Shown one piece after another: positions 25,276-32,918 of a DNA stretch of 64,000 nucleotides. Source of the stretch: an uncultured Thermoleophilaceae bacterium (GTDB taxonomy: Bacteria; Actinomycetota; Thermoleophilia; Solirubrobacterales; Thermoleophilaceae); the NCBI GenBank assembly GCA_963728155.1, contig CAVSJF010000025.1, positions 5,405 to 69,404 on the forward strand, in the 5' to 3' direction. Both the position numbers and the translations under genes were made by a program. Each line of letters starts with the position of its first letter. Positions within the stretch are counted from its first letter, which is position 1. The notes under the pieces are model-generated. The model worked only from the letters and a program-made list of their open reading frames with translations, made no database searches and had not been told where the DNA came from.

Positions 25276-25824
25276 CTGCGCGCAGGCGAAGCCGACACCG
25301 ATTCGCTCACCCTCAGTGAATGGGCGGTTCTCGGGATAGTCACCGAGGGCTCCACACACGGATTTGCCGCTGCCAAGCTCCTAGCGCCCGACGGCGAGCT
25401 CGGCCAGGTATGGACCGTCCGGCGTTCGCTCGTGTACCGCTCGCTCGAGCGCCTGAAGGCCCTCGGCCTGGTGACGGAGATCGGCGCGGAGAGCGGGCGA
25501 AGTGGGCCCGCCCGCACCCGGGTTGGCTGCACCGATGGCGGAGCGCAGGCATTCTCGGAGTGGCTGGCCACACCGGTCGAGCACGTGAGGGATCTCCGGC
25601 ACATGTTGATTCTCAAGCTGGCCTTTCTGGCCCGGCGGGGTGACAGCGCACAGTCCCTGCTCGAGTCGCAGGCGCGCGAGCTCGAGCCGATCGCCGAGGG
25701 CCTCGCCGGCGCCCACAGCGCCGCCACCGGGCTCGAGCGGCTGGTGCTCGACTGGCGCGTGGAAAACGCGAACGCGGCGCGGCGCTTCGTCCAGCGCCTG
25801 CTCGACGCAGTTAGGGTTCCCTAA
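25276..25824 (+). CDS. PadR-family transcriptional regulator; start codon unresolved
   Basis: The winged-helix part LTLSEWAVLGIVTEGSTHGFAAAKLLAPDGELGQVWTVRRSLVYRSLERLKALGLVTE begins upstream of the first GTG (25432). The frame opens at 25255 and the only in-frame candidate start is CTG 25276. Confidence 0.7.
   Translation: MRAGEADTDSLTLSEWAVLGIVTEGSTHGFAAAKLLAPDGELGQVWTVRRSLVYRSLERLKALGLVTEIGAESGRSGPARTRVGCTDGGAQAFSEWLATPVEHVRDLRHMLILKLAFLARRGDSAQSLLESQARELEPIAEGLAGAHSAATGLERLVLDWRVENANAARRFVQRLLDAVRVP
25811..25824. promoter_or_regulatory. operator-like palindrome TTAGGGttCCCTAA, overlapping the PadR stop codon
   Basis: Perfect 6+6 inverted repeat with a 2-nt spacer (7+7 if the flanking G/C are included). 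Confidence 0.5.
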
Positions 25825-25866
25825 CACCTAGCGCCGAAGTCTGATATCACTCGCGCCGGCAGGTTG

Positions 25867-25880
25867 TTAGGGCACCCTAA
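25867..25880. promoter_or_regulatory. operator-like palindrome TTAGGGcaCCCTAA, 18 nt upstream of GTG 25898
   Basis: Second copy of the same 6+6 palindrome, 56 bp centre-to-centre from the first, in a locally AT-richer spacer. Confidence 0.5.
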
Positions 25881-25897
25881 TACTGGAGCGACGCGCT

Positions 25898-26554
25898 GTG
25901 GACAACCGAGATCCAGGGCCGGTTTCGACGGAGGGCTTCGAGCGGCTGGCGACGGCGGGCAACCCACCCCGAGGCGAATTGCTGTCGGTGCTCGGCGCAA
26001 CCGTCGACGGCCGGCCGATACCCGGCACCGTCGACTTCGCTCTCGACGATCTCAGCCGGCGACTATTCGACGCGTCGGCCGCGCCTGCTCATGAAGCGGC
26101 AGCTCGGCTCGGCGCCCTGCTGTCCGAGGACCCCTGCTTCGCGGTAGATCACCGCGATCCGCGGACGCTGATGCTCGACCAGGTGTTGGCGCGGCGGGTC
26201 GGACATCCACTGATGCTTGCCGTCGCGATGGCGGAGGCAGGCCGGCGGGCCGGGATGCGCACCGGCGTGTTCTCCTCCCCTCACGCCTGGTACGCCGGCG
26301 TCAGCGACGCGGACGGCCTGTGGATCGTCGAGACCCGCGACGACCGCGACCTCCCCCACCCCGAGCAGCTGCGCCGCCACTGTGCGCACGAACTTGCCTG
26401 GGCCGCGCTGCTCGGCTTGGAGCGAAGCCACGGTTCGCTCGGCGACAAGCGGCGCGCGAACCGCGCGCGCCGGCTGCGCGAGATGCTGCCCACCCAACAG
26501 GCAGAGGCCGGCGCGGGTGACCCGCTCGAGGTGCTGTGGGCGGACGGCGCCTGA
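25898..26554 (+). CDS. transglutaminase-like / SirB1-N-like family protein
   Basis: LMLDQVLARRVGHPLMLAVAMAEAGRRAGMRTGVFSSPHAWYAGV. Confidence 0.55.
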   Translation: MDNRDPGPVSTEGFERLATAGNPPRGELLSVLGATVDGRPIPGTVDFALDDLSRRLFDASAAPAHEAAARLGALLSEDPCFAVDHRDPRTLMLDQVLARRVGHPLMLAVAMAEAGRRAGMRTGVFSSPHAWYAGVSDADGLWIVETRDDRDLPHPEQLRRHCAHELAWAALLGLERSHGSLGDKRRANRARRLREMLPTQQAEAGAGDPLEVLWADGA

Positions 26555-26615
26555 GCGCACCGGCCGGTCGTCGAGGTGAGCACCAGCTACACAGGCTGCG
26601 CACAGGTCGGCCAGC

Positions 26616-27425
26616 TCAGCTATGGCCCGCCCGAGTTCGCCGCGCGCCTCCCGGCCGCCCGACGCCGAGCTGAGCGCCCATGCGGGATTCCGGAAGCAAG
26701 TGGACGCCGCGGGCCGCCCATCGCGCGCGCCGGTTGCCGCCCGGTGGCCATGCCTCCTCGCCGCCGGCGCCGCCCGGCTCGGCGCGGTTGAGCACCACCA
26801 GCGGAGCGTGGCCGAGCCGCGCCAGGCAACTCGACCCCACCTCGGCCAGGGCAGGCTCGACGGCGGGCGTGGCCACGAGCAGAACACGGTCGGCCACCGC
26901 GGCAACGCTGCCGCCGAGCGCCGCCGAGCCGGCGTCGATCACGAGCGGCGCCAGCTCGCGGGTGGCGTGGCCCACCGCCGTCACCTCCCCGCCGGCGATC
27001 AGACAGAGCCGGCCGACCGCCCGCGGGTCGGCACCGGGGAGCCCCGACAGGCACTTCGCCAGCCGGCCGGCCGCCGGGGTGGCGAGCGGTATTCCCGCCG
27101 CGCGGGCGTCGCAGTGGACCGCCGCCGCGCCGTCGCTGTCGCGCCGGGCCAGCTCGGCGGCGAGCGCCCGTGCCACGACCGTGACTCCACACCGCTTGGC
27201 CAGCCCGAACACCGCGACCACCGGCCGGGGCCGCGCCGGGGCCAATCCGGGCGACTGCGGCGCGGGCGCGGCGGGCTCGACCAGCCAGGCACCGGCGGCC
27301 CCGACGGCCCCGGCCAGCAGGCCCGCCGCGCGTCCGCCGCGGCCACCGGTGAGCACGTGGAGCTCCGGCCGAGCATCCTCCGCCTCGGACTCGGCCTGCC
27401 GTCGCGGTGACGCCGCACCGCTCAC
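26616..27425 (-). CDS. ParA/MinD-fold protein of the CpaE/TadZ/Ssd type, with no canonical P-loop; C-terminus probably frame-broken
   Basis: GTGA overlap with the upstream TadE-like gene. PVVAVFGLAKRCGVTVVARALAAELA...LVIDAGSA...RVLLVATPAVEPALAEV...APLVVLNRA. After ...PESRMGAQL the protein-like sequence (GGREARGELGRAIAELADLCA) continues in the next frame. Confidence 0.5.
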   Translation of the reverse strand: MSGAASPRRQAESEAEDARPELHVLTGGRGGRAAGLLAGAVGAAGAWLVEPAAPAPQSPGLAPARPRPVVAVFGLAKRCGVTVVARALAAELARRDSDGAAAVHCDARAAGIPLATPAAGRLAKCLSGLPGADPRAVGRLCLIAGGEVTAVGHATRELAPLVIDAGSAALGGSVAAVADRVLLVATPAVEPALAEVGSSCLARLGHAPLVVLNRAEPGGAGGEEAWPPGGNRRARWAARGVHLLPESRMGAQLGVGRPGGARRTRAGHS

Positions 27426-27780
27426 GGGGCCTCCACCGCGGCGTGCGCGTCGACCTCGAGCTTCTCGGAGACCGAGCGCAACGGCGAGGGAGGCCTGAGG
27501 TGGACCTCAACCCGGCCGCCCGAGACCGCGATACGCGTCCGCGTCCGCGACCAGCCGGGAAGGGCCTCCTTCGCGCCCGCGCGAGCGTCGGCGCCGGCGG
27601 CCAGGGCGAGGGCGCCCGGCCTCGGCCGCCGCTCCAGCCAGCACGGAGGCGTAGCCCACGGCCAGCAGCTGGAAGAAGCACAAGGCCGACGAGCGCGATC
27701 GCCGGCAACAAGTCCGACGAGCTCCACGGCGGCCTGCCCCGACTCGCGCCGGGCCGCCGTGCGACCGTGCGCGGGCTCAC
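27422..27780 (-). pseudogene. TadE-like pilus-assembly protein; reading frame broken at least three times
   Basis: A sensible sequence ESGQAAVELVGL|LPAIALVGLVL|(L)QLLAVGYASVLAGAAAEAG|ALALAAGADARAGAKEALPGWSRTRTRIAVSGGRVEVHL is obtained only by skipping one base at about 27712, 27672 and 27617. The start is either GTG 27780 (GTGA overlap, but a different frame from the TadE motif) or GTG 27853. Confidence 0.55.
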
Positions 27781-28134
27781 TTCTCGCGCCCCATCGACGA
27801 CGTGGCCTCGACCCGTACCGGCGCGCGCCAGCGCCGCAGCAGCAGCGGCACACGCACCGAGACCCTGACTCCGCCCTCCCGCAGGCGCCCCACCTCGAGA
27901 TCCCGCTCCATCGAGCCCGGGAGGCTGCGGCGCGCGGCGGTGGCGACGTCGCGACCCACGGTGTCCGCCCGCGCCGCCGCCCGCGCGGCCTGTGCGGTGA
28001 GCCAGGCGGTGTGGCCCGCCAGCGCGAGCTGCCACACGACGGCGCCGATCAACAACACGAACGGCACCACCGCCACGAGCTCGACTGACGCCTGCCCGCG
28101 CTGGGATCGTTTGTCGGCGGCGGGGTGAGCTCAT
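27777..28134 (-). pseudogene. TadE-like pilus-assembly protein; one frame break at the aaa run 28110-28112
   Basis: ATG 28134 gives MSSPRRRQ. The next frame gives RSQRGQASVELVAVVPFVLLIGAVVWQLALAGHTAWLTAQAARAAARA... The TadE frame has no start codon of its own between the upstream in-frame stop and the GQASVE motif. Confidence 0.65.
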
Positions 28135-28206
28135 CGTCGACGGAGCCTGCCGCCGAACGCGTTGCGAGACAACGCGACCGGGTTACGAAAGAGCTACGAC
28201 CAGGTC

Positions 28207-28231
28207 AAAAGGCGCGGAGGCGGACCGCGCC
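28207..28231 (-). terminator. intrinsic terminator downstream of membrane-protein gene 28237-28593
   Basis: On the minus strand: GGCGCGG-tccgcct-CCGCGCC followed by TTTT, starting 6 nt after the stop codon. Confidence 0.65.
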
Positions 28232-28236
28232 GCGAC

Positions 28237-28593
28237 CTATCCGTAGCTTCGGTAGCGCGTCCAGGTCCAGTAGAGCCCGTACGAGCAGAGGGCGAGCAAC
28301 GCGAACCAGAGAAGCACCCCGAGGCCGCCGGCGTCGAACAGGCGGTCGGTCCCCACGAAGGTGATGATCGCGAGCCCGATCGATCCGTACAGGGCGAGCC
28401 GCATGTTCGGCTCGAGCGACTCGATCTCGATGTTGTACTGGCGGAACATCCGGTATCCGAGAAAGGCGATGGCGGCGAGGAAGGAGATCGAGAGCAGCGT
28501 CAGTACGACGTCCAGCGCGTTGCCGCCGCCGGGCAGCAGAACGATCACGAGCGCGACCAGCATTACGACGCCGAACTTCCAGGCGAACTGCAT
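28237..28593 (-). CDS. 4-TM integral membrane protein, function unknown
   Basis: MQFAWKFGVVMLVALVIVLLPGGG...LLSISFLAAIAFLGYRMF...LALYGSIGLAIITFVG...GVLLWFALLALCSYGLYWTW. Confidence 0.75.
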   Translation of the reverse strand: MQFAWKFGVVMLVALVIVLLPGGGNALDVVLTLLSISFLAAIAFLGYRMFRQYNIEIESLEPNMRLALYGSIGLAIITFVGTDRLFDAGGLGVLLWFALLALCSYGLYWTWTRYRSYG

Positions 28594-28616
28594 GGACGCG
28601 AAGGCATGTAGCCGAG

Positions 28617-29441
28617 CTACTCGATCGTGCCCGAGCTCACCAGCACCAACACCAGGATGCCCAGCGCCACGCGGTAGACCACGAACACCACGGTGGTGTG
28701 GGTGACGAGGAAGCGGAGCAGGAAGGCGATCGCCGCGTATCCGGCGACGAAGGCCAGGAAGGTGGCGATGATCAGCGCGCCCGTCCCGACGTTCTCGCCC
28801 TCCTCCCCACTCGCGATGGAGCCCAGCTCGAGTAGCCCGCTCAGCACCACCGCGGGTATCGACAGCAGGAAGGAGAAGCGCGCAGCGGACTCACGGTCGA
28901 GGCCGAGGAACAGCCCCGCGGTGATCGTCGCGCCAGAGCGGGAGACGCCGGGAACGAGCGCCAGCGCCTGAGCGAAGCCCAGCGCCACGCCATCACGCGC
29001 GGTGATCTGCTCGACCGAGCGGTCGCGCTTGCCCACCTTCTCGGCCACCAGCAGCACCAAGCCGAGGACGATCAGGGTGGTGCCGATCAGGTAGAGGTCG
29101 CGGGCGCCGGTCTCGATCTGATCCTTGAAGATGAGACCGAAGACCCCGATGGGAATCGTGCCCAGGAGGATGTACCAGCCCAGGCGGGCGTCGAGCTCGC
29201 GCCGGGCGGCCGGGTCGCGCAGGGAGCGCGTCCAGGCCTTGGCGATCCGCCACAGGTCCGCCCGGAAATAGAGCAGGACGGCGGCCATCGTCCCCAGCTG
29301 GGTGACCGCGGTGAAGGCCGCGCCGGGATCCTCCCAGCCCGCGAACGCGGGAATGATGCGCAGGTGCGCAGTGCTCGAGATCGGCAGGAACTCGGTGATC
29401 CCCTGCACGATCCCGAGGACGATTGCCTCGAAAACCGACAC
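28617..29441 (-). CDS. uppP: undecaprenyl-diphosphate phosphatase
   Basis: VLGIVQGITEFLPISSTAHL, ALALVPGVSRSGATITAGL; 274 aa. Confidence 0.95.
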   Translation of the reverse strand: MSVFEAIVLGIVQGITEFLPISSTAHLRIIPAFAGWEDPGAAFTAVTQLGTMAAVLLYFRADLWRIAKAWTRSLRDPAARRELDARLGWYILLGTIPIGVFGLIFKDQIETGARDLYLIGTTLIVLGLVLLVAEKVGKRDRSVEQITARDGVALGFAQALALVPGVSRSGATITAGLFLGLDRESAARFSFLLSIPAVVLSGLLELGSIASGEEGENVGTGALIIATFLAFVAGYAAIAFLLRFLVTHTTVVFVVYRVALGILVLVLVSSGTIE

Positions 29442-29498
29442 AGCCGAGCCAGACTAGTGACGCCCGGCGCATCTCACCGAACGGGTATCGTTGAAGGC

Positions 29499-29744
29499 GT
29501 GCGGCTCCTCGCGCCCCTCGTCATCCTCACGACGTTCCTGCTCACCGCGGCGCCGGCCTTCGCGGGCGACAACGGGGAGGGTCTCGTGGGAGAGACCGAC
29601 GACAAGATCATCACCTTCTTCTCGCTCGGCGTAATCCTGTTCTTCCTGCTGGTCGTGATAACCGGCTCGTTCATCCAGGGCCGCCTGGAGAAGCGCAAGA
29701 ACGAACGCAAGGCGACCGAGCTGCGCAAGCGCGTCGGCTGGTAG
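29499..29744 (+). CDS. small exported/membrane protein (81 aa)
   Basis: GTG 29499 gives VRLLAPLVILTTFLLTAAPAFAGDNGEGLVGETDDKIITFFSLGVILFFLLVVITGSFIQGRLEKRKNERKATELRKRVGW: a signal peptide, a TM segment and a basic tail. Confidence 0.55.
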   Translation: MRLLAPLVILTTFLLTAAPAFAGDNGEGLVGETDDKIITFFSLGVILFFLLVVITGSFIQGRLEKRKNERKATELRKRVGW

Positions 29745-29765
29745 CGCCGCGGCGGCCACACAAGG

Positions 29766-29793
29766 CCGCGACCCCGCCTAAGCGGGGCCGCGG
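29766..29793 (+). terminator. GC-rich hairpin downstream of the small gene
   Basis: ccgcgaCCCCGC-ctaa-GCGGGGccgcgg, with one mismatch. There is no T-tract. Confidence 0.4.
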
Positions 29794-29873
29794 GCGCGAG
29801 GAGGGATCTGCACGGCTCACTCTGGCGCGGCGGGCGAGGCACGGTGTGAACAGTCTGAGAAGCTTCGCCGCCG

Positions 29874-30641
29874 ATGCCCGATCCCGTGACCTACGAGCGC
29901 CGCGGCGCCGCGGCCGTGCTGACCATCGACCGGCCCGAGCGCCGCAACGCGATCGACGGACCGACGGCGGAGCTGCTCACGGAGGGCTACCGCTCCTTCG
30001 TCGCTGACGACGACGCGCGCGTGCTAGTGCTCACCGGCGCCGGCGACCTCGCCTTCTGCGCCGGAGCCGACCTCAAGGCGATCGAGACCTTCGGCCCGCG
30101 CCTCGAGCTCGAGGACGGGCCGCTCGGCTTCTCGCGCCTGATCTCGCCCAAGCCGACGATCGCCGCCATCTCGGGCTGGTGTCTCGCCGGCGGGCTGGAG
30201 CTCGCACTGTGGTGCGACCTGCGCATCGCCACCGAGGACGCGAAGCTGGGCTTCACCGAGCGGCGCTTCGGAGTGCCGCTGATCGACGGGGGCACACAGC
30301 GTCTGCCCCGGATCGTCGGGCTGGGCCGGGCGCTCGACATGATCCTGACCGGCCGGATCGTGGAGGCCGGGGAGGCGCGCGACATCGGGCTCGTGACCGA
30401 GACAGTCGCGCCCGGTCAGCACCTCGCCCGCGCGCTCGAGTATGCCGAGGCGCTCGCCGCGTTTCCCCAGGACACCATGCTGGCCGACCGCTCGGCGGCG
30501 ATCGAGGGCATCGGCCTGCCCTTCGAGGACGGCATGCGCCTGGAGGCGCGCGCCGCCCAGCCGACCCTCGCCACCGCCTGGGCCGGCGCCTCGCGCTTTG
30601 CCTCGGGCGAAGGGCGCGGCGGCGCTGGGGCCGGGGTCTAG
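29874..30641 (+). CDS. enoyl-CoA hydratase/isomerase (crotonase) family protein
   Basis: VLTIDRPERRNAI, VLVLTGAGDLAFCAGADLK, IAAISGWCLAGGLELALWCDLRIA. Confidence 0.9.
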   Translation: MPDPVTYERRGAAAVLTIDRPERRNAIDGPTAELLTEGYRSFVADDDARVLVLTGAGDLAFCAGADLKAIETFGPRLELEDGPLGFSRLISPKPTIAAISGWCLAGGLELALWCDLRIATEDAKLGFTERRFGVPLIDGGTQRLPRIVGLGRALDMILTGRIVEAGEARDIGLVTETVAPGQHLARALEYAEALAAFPQDTMLADRSAAIEGIGLPFEDGMRLEARAAQPTLATAWAGASRFASGEGRGGAGAGV

Positions 30642-30652
30642 TCTCGACCCCG

Positions 30653-31508
30653 ATGCCCCCGGTCATCGAGGTCACCGACCTGCACAAGTCCTACGGCGAC
30701 GTGGAGGCCGTGCGCGGGGTCTCGTTCTCCGTGGAGCGAGGCGAGGTATTCGGCCTGCTGGGCCCCAACGGCGCCGGGAAGACAACCACGGTCGAGATCC
30801 TCGAGGGGTTCCGCCGGCGTAGCGCCGGCGATGTTCGGGTGCTCGGCCAGGACCCCGCCGAGCGCAGCCGGGCGCTGCAGGAGAAGGTCGGGATAGTTCT
30901 GCAGAGCTGCGGCTTCTACACGCGCGCGACCGTGCGCGAGGCCGTGGAGCACTTCGCCAAGGCCTACCCCAGGCCGCGGGACGCGGGCGAGACGATCGCC
31001 CTGGTGGGGCTCGAGGAGAAGTCGGACGCGCGCACCCGGTCGCTCTCGGGCGGCCAGAAGCGCCGCCTCGACCTCGCCCTGGCGCTGGTGGGCGACCCGG
31101 AGCTGGTGTTCCTCGACGAGCCCACCACGGGCTTCGACCCCGCCGCGCGGCGCATCGCGTGGGATGTGGTGCGCCGCCTGAAGGAGCTCGACAAGACCGT
31201 CCTGCTCACCACCCACTACCTCGACGAGGCCCAGGAACTGGCCGACCGGGTGGCCATCGTCAAGGACGGCCTGGTGGTGGCCGAGGGCCCGCCGAGCGAG
31301 CTGCGCCCCGGCACGTCCGGCTACCGCATCTCCTACGTGTCCGAGGGACGGCGCGTGGAGCATCAGACCGACGACCCGACCGACCTGCTCCACCGCCTCA
31401 CCCGCGATGCGACTCGCCCGCGGCGAGCGGCTCGAGGGGCTCGAGGTGGCCCGGCCGACCCTCGAGGACGTCTACCTGGAGCTGACCCAGGAGGCCGACT
31501 CGGTATGA
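30653..31508 (+). pseudogene. ABC transporter ATP-binding protein (ABC-2/DrrA-like); one frame break near 31409-31412
   Basis: GLLGPNGAGKTTT, LSGGQKRRLDLALAL, VFLDEPTTGFD. After ...LLHRLTRDA the expected C-terminus LARGERLEGLEVARPTLEDVYLELTQEADSV is in the next frame, and its TGA overlaps the permease ATG (ATGA at 31505-31508). Confidence 0.85.
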
Positions 31509-32233
31509 GCAGCACGGCCCTGGCCTGGGAGCAGTTTCGCTTCGAGCGCAAGCTCTTCTGGCGCAATCCGAGCGCCGCCTTCTTCAACTTCCTCCTGCCG
31601 CTGCTCCTGCTCGTGCTCACTGCCACGGCGTTCGGGGTCCGCGACGACGGGCTCGACATCCTGATCCCCGGCGTGGCGGGCATGGGCGTGCTGGCCAACA
31701 CCTTCACCTCGCTCGCTTTCAACCTCACGGTCCTACGCGAGGACGGGGTGCTCAAGCGGGTGCGCGGGACGCCCATTCCCGCGGGCGCCTACCTGAGCGG
31801 GATCATGGGCTCGGTCACCCTCAACGCTTTCGTCCAGGTGGCGATGGTGGTGGGGATCGGCAGCCTCGCCTACGGCGCCGACTGGCCCGAGCAGCCGCTC
31901 CTGCTGGCGATGTTCACCCTGCTCGGCGTGGCCTGCTTCGCCTCCCTCGGCGTGGCCTTCTCGCACGCCATCCCCAACCAGGACGCGGCGCCCGCCTATA
32001 CGAACGCCGTGTTTCTGCCCCTGATCTTCATCTCGGGCGTTTTCTACTCCACCGAGGACCTGCCCGACGCGCTCAAGGCCATCGCCGAGGTGCTGCCGCT
32101 CACGCATCTGATCGACGGGCTCTCGGAGGCGATCGTCGGCGGCACGGGCGGCGCGGCGGTGGCCGCGGCGATCCTAGGCGCGTGGACCATCGCCGGCGTC
32201 GTGCTCGCCGTGCGCTTCTTTCGCTGGGAGTGA
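31505..32233 (+). CDS. ABC-2 type transporter permease
   Basis: MSSTALAWEQFRFERKLFWRNPSAAFFNFLLPLLLLVL..., six hydrophobic segments. Confidence 0.85.
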   Translation: MSSTALAWEQFRFERKLFWRNPSAAFFNFLLPLLLLVLTATAFGVRDDGLDILIPGVAGMGVLANTFTSLAFNLTVLREDGVLKRVRGTPIPAGAYLSGIMGSVTLNAFVQVAMVVGIGSLAYGADWPEQPLLLAMFTLLGVACFASLGVAFSHAIPNQDAAPAYTNAVFLPLIFISGVFYSTEDLPDALKAIAEVLPLTHLIDGLSEAIVGGTGGAAVAAAILGAWTIAGVVLAVRFFRWE

Positions 32234-32234
32234 G

Positions 32235-32918
32235 CTAGAGGCGCAGCGCGTGGCCGTGCCTGCGCAGCCACGCCTCGTGCGCCTCCCACTCCGGGCACCG
32301 GGCCGCGAGCAGGTTCCAGAAGCCCGCCGAGTGGTCGAGCACCTCCAGGTGGGCGACCTCGTGCTCGACCACGTAGGCCAGGATCTCCGGCGGGGCGAGC
32401 AGAAGGCGCCAGTTGAAGCTCATCACGCCGGTGGAGGAGCACGAGGCCCAGCGGGTGCGCTGACCGCGGATCTGCAGCCCCGCATAGGACGTTCCCGCGC
32501 GCGCGCAGGCGACCTCGAGGAGTGGCTCCACCTCCTCGCGGGCCCGGCGCCGGTACCAGCGCTCGACCGCGCCCCTGAGGTCGGCGTCGGCGGGCAGCGT
32601 CACGTGCAGCGTGTCGCCGCGGCGTACCGAGTGCTCGCGCACCCGCCCGGGCTCGACGGTCACGGCCAGGGTCAGCCGGCGGCCCAGGAACGGCAGCTCT
32701 CCCCCGTCGGCCAGGTGCGCCGGCGGCAACTCCGCGTGGGTCTCCTCCATGCGGAGCAGAGTGCGCTCGATCCAGGCCCGCTTCTCCTCGACGAAGGGCT
32801 CGACCTCGGCCAGCGGGAAGCGGGGCGGCACCACCACCTCGACCCCGTCGCCGCCCACGAGGATGCGCGCACGGCGCGCCCGCTGGGAGCGCCGTATGCG
32901 GTATGGGATGGACGTCAA
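32235..32918 (-). CDS. M48-family / YgjP-like (DUF45) metal-dependent hydrolase
   Basis: WASCSSTGVMSFNWRLLLAPPEILAYVVEHEVAHLEVLDHS (HExxH). TTG start overlaps the upstream stop (TTGA). Confidence 0.8.
   Translation of the reverse strand: MTSIPYRIRRSQRARRARILVGGDGVEVVVPPRFPLAEVEPFVEEKRAWIERTLLRMEETHAELPPAHLADGGELPFLGRRLTLAVTVEPGRVREHSVRRGDTLHVTLPADADLRGAVERWYRRRAREEVEPLLEVACARAGTSYAGLQIRGQRTRWASCSSTGVMSFNWRLLLAPPEILAYVVEHEVAHLEVLDHSAGFWNLLAARCPEWEAHEAWLRRHGHALRL

Noticed and set aside
26620-28134. 504-aa minus-strand ORF spanning the whole Tad-like region.
   Set aside because: The translation is Arg/Gly/Pro junk except for short stretches, which are really displaced pieces of the TadE-like genes (MSSPRRRQ; DLLPAIALVGLVL). 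It stays open only because the real genes hop between frames.
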